From: Candidatus Doudnabacteria bacterium
GTDB taxonomy: Bacteria > Patescibacteriota > Doudnabacteria > UBA920
Assembly: GCA_963768175.1 (NCBI GenBank)
Contig: CAVYGQ010000001.1
Span: 318,305 to 382,304, forward strand
Direction of reading: 5' to 3'
Length of the DNA: 64,000 nt
The number at the start of each line of letters is the position of its first letter. Position 1 is the first letter of the stretch. Made by a program: the position numbers and the translations under genes. Below, piece by piece: positions 47,716 to 56,547 of this stretch. The notes beneath the pieces were generated by a model. The model had not been told where the DNA came from and did not search any database. It saw nothing but the letters and a program-made list of their open reading frames with translations.

Positions 47716-48156
47716 ATGCAAAACTTTTTAAAGAAAATCACTTTGGAAACAAAAAAACAGTTTGAAATAATAGACATTACCGACCACGTAAAAAAAATTG
47801 TCGCTGAAAGCGGCGTTAAAGAAGGCATCGCGGTAATTTTTTGCCCGCATACAACGGCCGCGGTTCGGCTTAACCATAACGAGCCGCTGCTTATGCAGGA
47901 TATTATGAAAATGCTTTACAGGCTAGTGCCCATAGATACCAGTTACAGCCACGATTTGTTTGAAGTCAGGCAAAATGTGTCACCCAATGAGCGCAGCAAC
48001 GGGCACGCGCACGTTAAAGCTTTTTTATTGGGATCGTCCGAAACTTTGCCGGTCGAAAAATCCAGTTTGGCCTTGGGCGCCAAACAAAGTATCTTTTTTG
48101 TGGAATTGGATGGCGGCCGGGGCCGTGAAGTCCTGGTTAAAATTTTAGGCGAATAA
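47716..48156 (+). CDS. YjbQ/UPF0047 family protein
   Basis: IIDIT, HTTAA, NGHAH, ELDG. Confidence 0.92.
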   Translation: MQNFLKKITLETKKQFEIIDITDHVKKIVAESGVKEGIAVIFCPHTTAAVRLNHNEPLLMQDIMKMLYRLVPIDTSYSHDLFEVRQNVSPNERSNGHAHVKAFLLGSSETLPVEKSSLALGAKQSIFFVELDGGRGREVLVKILGE

Positions 48157-48333
48157 AAAACTTAAGTGGTCGGTCTTAAGAAAAATTTGTCAGACAAAAA
48201 AACTTGATACCTAAATCAAAATAAAGGTTACTCGGAGCAGAGCTGTGAGGTATTGAACCTGTATTAGCTCCTCGGCTCGGTCTCCCTTCGGGAGACTCTC
48301 GCTCTACGTCGCTAATAAATAGAAAGGAACAAA

Positions 48334-49017
48334 ATGGATTACACAACATATCAGGCTGTAGTGATTCAGGCTTTGGGGGATTTATATTCCAAAACCCTAA
48401 CCTACCTGCCTAATCTTGTTGCCGCAATTATAGTTGTAATTATTGGCTGGCTGTTGGCCATATTCTTAAGCAAGGTAATTTACAAAATTTTAGAGATCAT
48501 TAAAATCGATCAGTTAGCCAACCAGCTTGGCTTAAAAAATCTCTCCGAAAAAGCCGGCAGAAAATTAAGCCTGGTCGCTTTGGGCGCTTGGCTGGTAAAA
48601 TGGTTCTTCTTCTTGGGCAGCTTTATTGCCGCCGCCGACATCTTGGGCCTTCAGGAAGTTTCAACCTTCCTCTACCAGGATGTGTTAAATTACGCCGGGC
48701 ATGTGGTCGTGGCAATGGCCATTCTGCTTTTGGGTATTCTGGCTGCAAACTTCTTTGCGAATATTGTTGTAAGCACGGTTAAAGCCAGCGGTCTGCATAA
48801 GGGCGAATCTTTGGGCACCCTTACCAAGTGGGCGATCTTAGTTTTTACCGCAATAGCCGCTCTGTCCCAGCTCCAAATTGCCACCGCGTTTTTGCAGGAC
48901 TTGTTCAGGGCTGTAGTTGCCATGCTAGCCATTGCTGGTGGTTTGGCCTTTGGCTTGGGCGGCAGGGATCATGCAAAAAAAGTCTTGGATAATATAGAAA
49001 ACGGCTTAAAGTCTTAG
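48334..49017 (+). CDS. TM-helix repeat membrane protein (CmpX/MscS-associated)
   Basis: YLPNLVAAI..GW repeat, GLAFGLGG. Confidence 0.88.
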   Translation: MDYTTYQAVVIQALGDLYSKTLTYLPNLVAAIIVVIIGWLLAIFLSKVIYKILEIIKIDQLANQLGLKNLSEKAGRKLSLVALGAWLVKWFFFLGSFIAAADILGLQEVSTFLYQDVLNYAGHVVVAMAILLLGILAANFFANIVVSTVKASGLHKGESLGTLTKWAILVFTAIAALSQLQIATAFLQDLFRAVVAMLAIAGGLAFGLGGRDHAKKVLDNIENGLKS

Positions 49018-49094
49018 TAAAAAAATACAAAATAGTTTATAATACAGAAACGACGCTTTTTGTGCCGTAATATTTTATTGTAATTTTACCAAGA

Positions 49095-49916
49095 ATGATA
49101 AAAAAATTTCTGATCGTTTTTATTATTTTTCTTCTTTTTTTAGGCTGTTTTGGTATTTACGGAGCTATAAAATACCGGAATCAGGTTAGGCAGGAAAGGC
49201 AGACGGCAAAAGCGCCGCAAATTAGCGTAACTTTTTTGGAAGGCTGGAGCAACCAGGATATCGCCCAATATTTAGAAAAAAATCAGATTGTTTCTTCCGC
49301 GGATTTTTTGGCTGCGGTTAAAAATTTTGACAGCTCAAACTATCAAAGCCAGTCGTTTAAACCGCAAACCCCTGACTTGGAGGGTTACTTGTTTCCCGAT
49401 ACTTATTTTATACCCAAAAACCCGCCGGCCGGCCAAAACATCAACAACATTATTATAGAAAAGGCTTTAAATAATTTTACGCAAAAAATTACGCCAGAAA
49501 TGCTCGCGCAAGCCCAAAATGAAGGCATGAGCTTATACCAAATTATCACACTGGCGTCCATTATAGAAAAAGAATCGGGCGGAAACCAGGACGACCGGAA
49601 AACAATCGCCGGAGTCTTTTACAACCGTTTAAAAGCCGGCATGCCTTTGGAAAGCGACGCCACCGTAAGTTTTGTAACGGGAACTTCGCCGATAAGCGCG
49701 GCGGACACGCTAATTGATTCGCCCTACAATACCTACAAATACAAAGGCCTGCCGCCGGGACCAATTTGCAACCCCGGGCTAAATTCCATTATGGCGGCGC
49801 TTTACCCGACGCCAAGCGATTATTTTTATTTCCTCACAAACCCGCAAACCGGCCGCGCGGTGTTTGCCCAAACCTTCGCTGAACATCAAAAAAATAAAGC
49901 GCAATACTTAAAGTAA
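49095..49916 (+). CDS. mltG: Endolytic transglycosylase
   Basis: LEGYLFPDTY, ASIIEKE, LESDAT, SPYNTY..GLPPGPI. Confidence 0.95.
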   Translation: MIKKFLIVFIIFLLFLGCFGIYGAIKYRNQVRQERQTAKAPQISVTFLEGWSNQDIAQYLEKNQIVSSADFLAAVKNFDSSNYQSQSFKPQTPDLEGYLFPDTYFIPKNPPAGQNINNIIIEKALNNFTQKITPEMLAQAQNEGMSLYQIITLASIIEKESGGNQDDRKTIAGVFYNRLKAGMPLESDATVSFVTGTSPISAADTLIDSPYNTYKYKGLPPGPICNPGLNSIMAALYPTPSDYFYFLTNPQTGRAVFAQTFAEHQKNKAQYLK

Positions 49917-49954
49917 TTAAAAAACCCCCGTCCTTTAAAAGAGGCGGGGTTTTG

Positions 49955-50935
49955 TTATCCCAGACGACTTCCAATAAATTGCGGATAGCCGTTTAAAAAG
50001 TCGCCGATGGCAACTTCCGATTTCCCCTCAAGCTGAAGTTGTTTAATTTGCAAAAAAGTATTACTGCCGCAAACCGCCACTCCGTTTTCAAGCACTGTGC
50101 CCGGCATTCGTGTCATTCGTGTGCTATTCGTGTCATTCGTGTCGCTTAAAATACAATCGGTAATCTTTAAAATTTTACCGTTCCAAGTTGTCCAAATTCC
50201 AGGCCAAATATAAAAAGCGCGAAATTGATTATAAATTTCCGGAGATGTGCGCTGCCAATCAACTTTGCCGTCGGCTTTACTGATTATTTTGGTATAAGAA
50301 GCTTTGACTTCATCCTGGGGCAGGGGAGTAATTTTGCCGCTGGCATAATCCTCAACAACCCGATTAATCAACCGGGCGGACAGTCTGGCTAGCTTGTCGG
50401 ACAAAGTGAAATAGTTATCATCGGGATCAATTCCAACTATTTCCTGTGCCAGCAGCGGGCCGCCATCAATTTTTTGGTCCAACAAAAATATAGACGTGCC
50501 GGTTTGCTGGTCGCCATTAAGCAAAGCAAACTGGATGGGCGAAGGGCCACGATACTTTGGCAAAATTGAAAAGTGGACGTTAATCGTTTTGTATCGAGGC
50601 AGGCCGATAATTTCCGCCGGCAAAATTTTGCCGTAAGCCACCACTACAAAAATATCCGCGTTTAAATTTTGCAGCTGCCGTAAAAATTCCGGATTCTCCT
50701 TCAAATTTTCCGGCTTTAAAACAAACAGCTTTAAATCTTTTGCCAAAGCCGAAACCGGGCTTTCCTGCAAGTCCTGCGACCTTCCCGCTTCAGCGTCCGG
50801 CTTGGTAACCACAGCTAAAATTTTGTGCTGTTTATTTAAAGTTTCCAATACCGGCAAAGCTTCGTTAGCCGTGCCAAAAAATACAATTTTTCCGCCAAAG
50901 GCGGACCCGCCTCCGGCGGGCATTTTCTCATTCAT
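49955..50935 (-). CDS. fmt: Methionyl-tRNA formyltransferase with repeat-derived insertions
   Basis: FFGT, VVTKPD, VAYGKI, NVHFSILPKYRGPSP. Confidence 0.96.
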   Translation of the reverse strand: MNEKMPAGGGSAFGGKIVFFGTANEALPVLETLNKQHKILAVVTKPDAEAGRSQDLQESPVSALAKDLKLFVLKPENLKENPEFLRQLQNLNADIFVVVAYGKILPAEIIGLPRYKTINVHFSILPKYRGPSPIQFALLNGDQQTGTSIFLLDQKIDGGPLLAQEIVGIDPDDNYFTLSDKLARLSARLINRVVEDYASGKITPLPQDEVKASYTKIISKADGKVDWQRTSPEIYNQFRAFYIWPGIWTTWNGKILKITDCILSDTNDTNSTRMTRMPGTVLENGVAVCGSNTFLQIKQLQLEGKSEVAIGDFLNGYPQFIGSRLG

Positions 50936-51498
50936 AATTTCCTCATTACTTTTCTTAAAACTTCCGCCTCCAACCGACAGTCAACCAAAGCGTTGTGCAA
51001 CTGGTTTTTACCGATTTTTATTTTAAATATTTTAATTAAATACTCCAGCCCAAAACCGGCAAAGTCTTTTTTGGAATTAAGCTTGTTGCGTTTGGCCAAA
51101 AAGCCGTAAAATAGAGCCCACAAATCAAAATAATGGTAGTCAAACGGCCACTTAACTCCAGCTTTTTTATAAGCATCCGTTAAAATCCGTTTGTCGTTAA
51201 AACCCACATAAAAAGCCTGGGTTACGTTGTGGGGAAACGCGCGGTTGAACTTTTTTATCGCCTGGCTCAAAGTCGGCGCGTCTTTGACCATTTCCCAGGT
51301 AATTTTATTCACCGCCATGGACTTAAGGTCGCGGCTTTTCCACTTGGACGGTTTGACGTAAGTGCTAAAATATTTTTTTTCTTTTAAAGTTTTTTTGTCC
51401 AAAAGCACCGCGGCGATTTGCAGCAAATCGTGCTTTTTGGGAACATCAAAACCGGAAAACTCGGTATCAATTAGCAGTAAATCCTTGTGAAAGTTCAT
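50932..51498 (-). CDS. DEDDh 3'-5' exonuclease
   Basis: IDTEFSG, ND, LHNALVD. Confidence 0.9.
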   Translation of the reverse strand: MNFHKDLLLIDTEFSGFDVPKKHDLLQIAAVLLDKKTLKEKKYFSTYVKPSKWKSRDLKSMAVNKITWEMVKDAPTLSQAIKKFNRAFPHNVTQAFYVGFNDKRILTDAYKKAGVKWPFDYHYFDLWALFYGFLAKRNKLNSKKDFAGFGLEYLIKIFKIKIGKNQLHNALVDCRLEAEVLRKVMRKL

Positions 51499-51566
51499 AG
51501 ATAGTGGATAGTGGTCAGTGGATAGTGGTCAGTCCTGTCCACTGATCACTGTACACTGTCCACTTT

Positions 51567-52103
51567 TTAAACTTCTTTAATTATTCTCCTGAATATTTCC
51601 GCCGCCAGCCTGACTTTTTCCAGCATATCGTAAGGATTTTTTTGCTTTAACCTGAAATAATCCAGTAAAGTCTGGAACGTCGGCATTTTATTTAACCCGT
51701 AATTTAAAGTGTAAATATACCCTAAAGTCCAAAGCTGTATCACATGATAGTCGTAATCGTAAGTTACGGCCGCTTTTTTAAAGGCATTTTTTAAAAACCA
51801 AAGGTTGTTTGAGCTGTGGGTGGCCAGAAGCAAATCCGCGCCGAATTTTTTATGGAAATTTTTTATGGCATCATAGACTTTTGGGCTTTTGCGCAAGGTT
51901 TCGTAATCGGTATGTAAAATTTTTGCGTGTTCGTTGATAATGCTGTCCAAATAACTTATCCTGATAAAAGTATTAAAATTATTTTTTTCCAGCAGGTTAT
52001 CTTTATCCAGCAAAACCGCGGAAAGCTGGATTATGGAATCTTTGTCCGGGTCGTGCCCGGTGGTCTGGATTTCAAAAAATAAAATGTCTTTGATAAATTT
52101 CAC
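51567..52103 (-). CDS. DEDD exonuclease paralog with degenerate active site
   Basis: FEIQTTG, IIQLSAVLLDK..L.EK shared with the neighbour; catalytic residues replaced. Confidence 0.8.
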   Translation of the reverse strand: MKFIKDILFFEIQTTGHDPDKDSIIQLSAVLLDKDNLLEKNNFNTFIRISYLDSIINEHAKILHTDYETLRKSPKVYDAIKNFHKKFGADLLLATHSSNNLWFLKNAFKKAAVTYDYDYHVIQLWTLGYIYTLNYGLNKMPTFQTLLDYFRLKQKNPYDMLEKVRLAAEIFRRIIKEV

Positions 52104-52194
52104 AACATAATCCTAATGCCCCGAATTAGTATCCGAATGCTCCAAATACTTCCCTTTCGGGTCATTTGGATTGTATCTATTCGGGTAATTCGGA

Positions 52195-52698
52195 TTATAA
52201 CAATTTTTCTTTCTTCCACCGGTTAACAATCTCTCCGCCTTGCGTATATTTTTTTATTAAATCGATAATTAAACGCCCGTTGATATGGTCAATTTCGTGC
52301 TGGGTGACACGGGCAAACCAGCCGTCATCCGTAAATTGCACGGTTTTGCCTTCGGCTGTTTGCGCCTCGAAGGTAACTTTTTTTGGCCGTTTGACCATAC
52401 CAAAGACATCTGGAATCGACAAACAGCCTTCTTCAATTTCGGTCTTGGTAAAACTTTTGGAAATTATTTTAGGGTTGTAAAAAACGACCAGCGGAATACC
52501 GCTTTTTTCCAGATTGACGATTATTACCTTAACCGGTTTTCCTACCTGCGGCGCGGCCAGACCAATACCGTCGGCCTTGCGCACGGTGTCTACCATGTCC
52601 CGAGTCAACTTTTTTATTTCCTTGGACAAAGGGAAAACTACCGGCTGGGTCGGCTGTCTTAAAACAGAATCGGGATAAATTTTTATTGGAAGAATCAT
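52195..52698 (-). CDS. def: Peptide deformylase
   Basis: GIGLAAPQVG, EGCLS, QHEIDHING. Confidence 0.97.
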   Translation of the reverse strand: MILPIKIYPDSVLRQPTQPVVFPLSKEIKKLTRDMVDTVRKADGIGLAAPQVGKPVKVIIVNLEKSGIPLVVFYNPKIISKSFTKTEIEEGCLSIPDVFGMVKRPKKVTFEAQTAEGKTVQFTDDGWFARVTQHEIDHINGRLIIDLIKKYTQGGEIVNRWKKEKLL

Positions 52699-52771
52699 AG
52701 CGATACTAATACACTAATTTATACGAATGACACTAATCCGCAATTCGTATTATTCGTATGCCATTCGTGGA

Positions 52772-53101
52772 TTAGTGTCGCTTTTCTTCATTATACTTTT
52801 TAATCAAATAAGCAAACAGTTTCCCCGGGCTCTTTACATCTTTTCCCTCCAAAACCTGCCCTAACAAATTTCTTAAAAAATTATGGTCATACAAAGTGGC
52901 CATTTTTAAATAAAAACCGAAATGCTTTTTATCGTTCAACTTTTGACATAACTCGTCGGCCAACAAATGGGCAGGGGAGTGCAAGTGGGCATCTTTTTTG
53001 GCCAACCTTTTAATATCATATAGATGGCCATCCTCCGAAGCCTTGGCGGAGGAGGATGGCTTGGCCGAAGAAAATTTGGCGATTTTACCCAAGCGCTCCA
53101 T
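52772..53101 (-). CDS. Small conserved-looking helical protein with an in-frame palindrome
   Basis: L.DKKHFGFYLK, SPGKLF; start taken at ATG 53101. Confidence 0.7.
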   Translation of the reverse strand: MERLGKIAKFSSAKPSSSAKASEDGHLYDIKRLAKKDAHLHSPAHLLADELCQKLNDKKHFGFYLKMATLYDHNFLRNLLGQVLEGKDVKSPGKLFAYLIKKYNEEKRH

Positions 53102-53347
53102 AAAGCTAATGAACAAAAGGGACGGGAATGACAAAAATGAGCAAAAACGGCAGATTGCTGCCGTCCCGAACAAAGTGAGGGATCCCTCTCTCGGCTGCAC
53201 TCGCTCGGGATGACAACTATATTAGAAAATAGTTGTTTGTCATTTTCGTCGTTTTTGTCATTTTTTTAATTTTTGTCGTTAATATATTATACAGGATTTT
53301 GTGGATTTTGGCTATCAAATCGGGCTAAAATGAGCTATAATCCAAAT

Positions 53348-54682
53348 ATGACAAAAATAGACATAGCAGGGTTAAAAGTTGACGCTATAACTAAAAAGGA
53401 ATTACTTGATAGTGTTCTCGGCCGAATAAAAAACGGACAAAAAACTTTTATTATAACCCCCTATTCCGAATTTTTATACCACGGTTTTCAGGACCCAAAA
53501 ATTTTGAAGATTTTTAACCAAGCCGATCTCTCCGTGGCCGACGGCATCGGCCTGTTTTGGGCCAAACGATTTTTGGATATCCCGCTGACCGCCAAAAGCT
53601 ACTGGGGAAAAGTTTTGCAGGCGGCTTGGCAAATCAAATTCAGCTTGGCGGCGATTATATTCTACCCGCGATGGATTAAATCGGCATTGCCGGAAAAGAT
53701 TGTCGGCGCGGATTTAGTCTGGGATTTGGCAAAACTGGCCGCCGATAATAATTTGTCAGTTTATCTGCTTGGCGGCTTTGGCAACATTCCGCAACTCGCG
53801 GCAGAAAAACTATCTACTGCTATAAACCGCGGCCGCGGTTTTAACGAGTATTTAAAAATTGCGGGGTCGTCGAATAAAAATTCTGACGATCCGGCAATCA
53901 TTGACGGCATTAATATGGCTAATCCCGACCTCCTGTTTGTTGCTTTTGGCCCGATTAAACAGGAACAATGGATAGCCGAAAATCTATCTAAGCTAAATAT
54001 TAAACTCGCAATTGGCCTGGGCGGAAGCTTTGATTATATTGCCGAAAAAAAATCCACGCCGCCCAAATTTATCCGCTACATTGGGCTTGAGTGGCTGTGG
54101 CGCTTAATTACCCAACCTTACCGCCTAAAAAGGATTTTTAACGCGACTTTCGGGCTAATATCGCGTTTGTGGCGCTATAAAGTCTTTATGAGCCTGCCTT
54201 ATAGGCCAAACGTGGTTTCTATAATCCTAAACAGCCAAAACGACATTTTAATTGCCTTAAGAAATCCTGCAGATAAAGACTTACGTGACGTCGGCGATTT
54301 TGACATGGTAAAATTTAAAAACTATTGGCAGTTTTCCCAGGGAGGCGTTGAGGCCGATGAAAATTTGGAAACCGGCGCCAGACGTGAAATTTTTGAAGAA
54401 TTGGGTATTAAGAATCTTAAATTTTTATTCCGTTCCAGCCAAACGCCAAACTATTTCTGGAAGAACGGCCTTCGCCCATTTTTTAATATTTACCATTACA
54501 AAGGCCAGCAGCAGCAAATACTTTACTTCAAGTTTACCGGCGAGGACAGTGAAATTAAATTGGATAATCAGGAATTTATCCAATATAAATGGGCTAAGCT
54601 TAAAGATCTGGATAAACTTATACATCCGGAAAGGCTGCCCTTGGCAAAAATCGTCCAGGAAGATTTGAAGGATTTGGCTTAA
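53348..54682 (+). CDS. WecB/TagA/CpsF glycosyltransferase fused to a NUDIX (RppH-like) domain
   Basis: ADGIG, GADL, G..KQE.W, GGSFD, GLEWLWR; then WQFSQGGVEADE...ARREIFEELG, YKGQ.Q. Confidence 0.92.
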   Translation: MTKIDIAGLKVDAITKKELLDSVLGRIKNGQKTFIITPYSEFLYHGFQDPKILKIFNQADLSVADGIGLFWAKRFLDIPLTAKSYWGKVLQAAWQIKFSLAAIIFYPRWIKSALPEKIVGADLVWDLAKLAADNNLSVYLLGGFGNIPQLAAEKLSTAINRGRGFNEYLKIAGSSNKNSDDPAIIDGINMANPDLLFVAFGPIKQEQWIAENLSKLNIKLAIGLGGSFDYIAEKKSTPPKFIRYIGLEWLWRLITQPYRLKRIFNATFGLISRLWRYKVFMSLPYRPNVVSIILNSQNDILIALRNPADKDLRDVGDFDMVKFKNYWQFSQGGVEADENLETGARREIFEELGIKNLKFLFRSSQTPNYFWKNGLRPFFNIYHYKGQQQQILYFKFTGEDSEIKLDNQEFIQYKWAKLKDLDKLIHPERLPLAKIVQEDLKDLA

Positions 54683-54762
54683 AATGATAGAATAACTCAA
54701 GCCAATGGGCATCTTTGGTCTAAGATGGTGCCCAGTCCAAAGATGCCCATTGGAGCTAATTT

Positions 54763-56328
54763 ATGACGAATAAAAATCCACAAATCCGCACCCGTTTCGC
54801 TCCCAGCCCCACCGGGTTTGTCCACATTGGCAATCTGCGCACCGCGCTGTTTAGTTTTTTGTTCGCGCGCCATAACGGCGGCGTCCACGTTTTACGGATT
54901 GAAGACACCGACCAAAACAGAAAAATGGAAGGAGCTTTGATAAACTTATTGGGCGTCATGAAAGTTATGGGTGTGGAATTTGACGAAGGCTATTGCTTAA
55001 AAGACAACCGCGAAATAGGGGAGAGGGGAGATTATGGCCCTTACCTGCAATCAAAAAGACTTGATAAATACCAGCGGCATGCCCAAGAGCTCATTGAAAA
55101 GGGCAAAGCTTATTACTGTTTTTGCTCCGAACAACGGCTGGAAGATTTGCGCAAAGAGCAAACCGCGCTAAAAAAACCGCCGATGTACGACCGGCACTGC
55201 CGCAATTTAACGGACGGCGAAGTTAAAAAATTGCGCAATGAATTTGCGGCGGCGGGCAAAAACCCGGTAATCCGTTTTGCCATTCCTCTGGAAGGGCAAA
55301 CCGTAATCCACGATTTGGTTTACGGCGACATAACTTATGAGCATAAAATTTTGGACGACCAGGTAATCATAAAGTCCGACGGCTTTCCGACTTACCATTT
55401 GGCCGTAGTCATAGACGACCATTACATGAAAATTTCCCACGTTATCCGCGGCGAAGAATGGATTCCTTCCACGCCAAAACATCTGTTGATTTACCAAGCG
55501 CTGGGCTGGGAGCCAACGCAGTTCGCCCATTTGCCACTGATAGTCAACCCGGACAAAACCAAACTTAGCAAACGTCAAGGCGATGTTAGTGTGGAAGACT
55601 TTATCCAAAAAGGATATTTGAAAGAAGCGCTAATTAACTTTGTGGCGTTTTTAGGTTGGAACCCAAAAACCGAGCAGGAATTATTTTCCATGCAAGACCT
55701 GATTAAGCAGTTTGATTTAGCAAAAATCAACAAATCCGGCGCGGTTTTTGACATCAACAAACTGGACTGGCTAAACAGCCACTATATCCGCCAAATGCCA
55801 ATTAAGGAATTAACCGAACGTCTGATTCCTTATTGGCAGGAGGCTAAATTGGCCATACACAAATTTTTGCAAAAAAAAGATTACTTGGCGGCAATTGCGA
55901 ATTTGGAAAGAGACCGCCTTAAAAAACTTTCCGAAATAGGGGAGAGGACAAAGTATTTTTTTGCGACACCCGAATATGACCAAAGCCTGCTCATTTGGAA
56001 AAAGTCCGATAAGAAAAAAATCAAACAGGCGTTGTTGGATTTAGTAAACTTGTTCGAAAATATGGACTTATCCGCCTTCGCTAAAGCTACGGCGGATGAC
56101 CCTCTACATTTTGTCTCGGCTACCGCCGAGACTATAGAAAAGTGGATCAAAAAAATGATTTCGGATAAAGGCTACGACAACGGCTCCGCGCTTTGGCCGC
56201 TTCGGGTGGCTTTAACCGGATTGTCCGCCAGCCCCGGACCTTTTGAAGTTTGCGCCACCATAGCCTTGGGCTTGGGCAAAGAAGAAATTTTAAAAAGGCT
56301 GAATGCCGCAATAGCAAAATTAGGCTGA
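54763..56328 (+). CDS. gltX: Glutamate--tRNA ligase with an in-frame palindrome
   Basis: RTRFAPSPTG, HIGN, RIEDTD, KLSKR. Confidence 0.97.
   Translation: MTNKNPQIRTRFAPSPTGFVHIGNLRTALFSFLFARHNGGVHVLRIEDTDQNRKMEGALINLLGVMKVMGVEFDEGYCLKDNREIGERGDYGPYLQSKRLDKYQRHAQELIEKGKAYYCFCSEQRLEDLRKEQTALKKPPMYDRHCRNLTDGEVKKLRNEFAAAGKNPVIRFAIPLEGQTVIHDLVYGDITYEHKILDDQVIIKSDGFPTYHLAVVIDDHYMKISHVIRGEEWIPSTPKHLLIYQALGWEPTQFAHLPLIVNPDKTKLSKRQGDVSVEDFIQKGYLKEALINFVAFLGWNPKTEQELFSMQDLIKQFDLAKINKSGAVFDINKLDWLNSHYIRQMPIKELTERLIPYWQEAKLAIHKFLQKKDYLAAIANLERDRLKKLSEIGERTKYFFATPEYDQSLLIWKKSDKKKIKQALLDLVNLFENMDLSAFAKATADDPLHFVSATAETIEKWIKKMISDKGYDNGSALWPLRVALTGLSASPGPFEVCATIALGLGKEEILKRLNAAIAKLG
56070..56097. repeat. 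CTTCGC.AA.GCT.CG hairpin family; other copies at 602-626, 760-782, 17273-17298, 38063-38088, 53027-53060, 56372-56400
   Basis: Shared loop with covarying arms (ccgcc/ggcgg, cctcc/ggagg). Confidence 0.88.
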
Positions 56329-56547
56329 TTTTTTGTGAAGCTCTAGCAAGAACTTGGCGACTTCACTGCGTATCCGCCTTCGCTAAAAGCTTCGACGGAT
56401 CACCAGCCTAACTTGCGGAACCAGCCGCAGCTAAACTTAAAAAGTCTGATAAGTTTACAATATCCGTACCGCTTTCAGCCGCGGGAAGAACCCGCGGCCT
56501 TCAGCGGAGGCTGGTGAAAATCGGCCTTTTTTGGTATAATATAGCAG

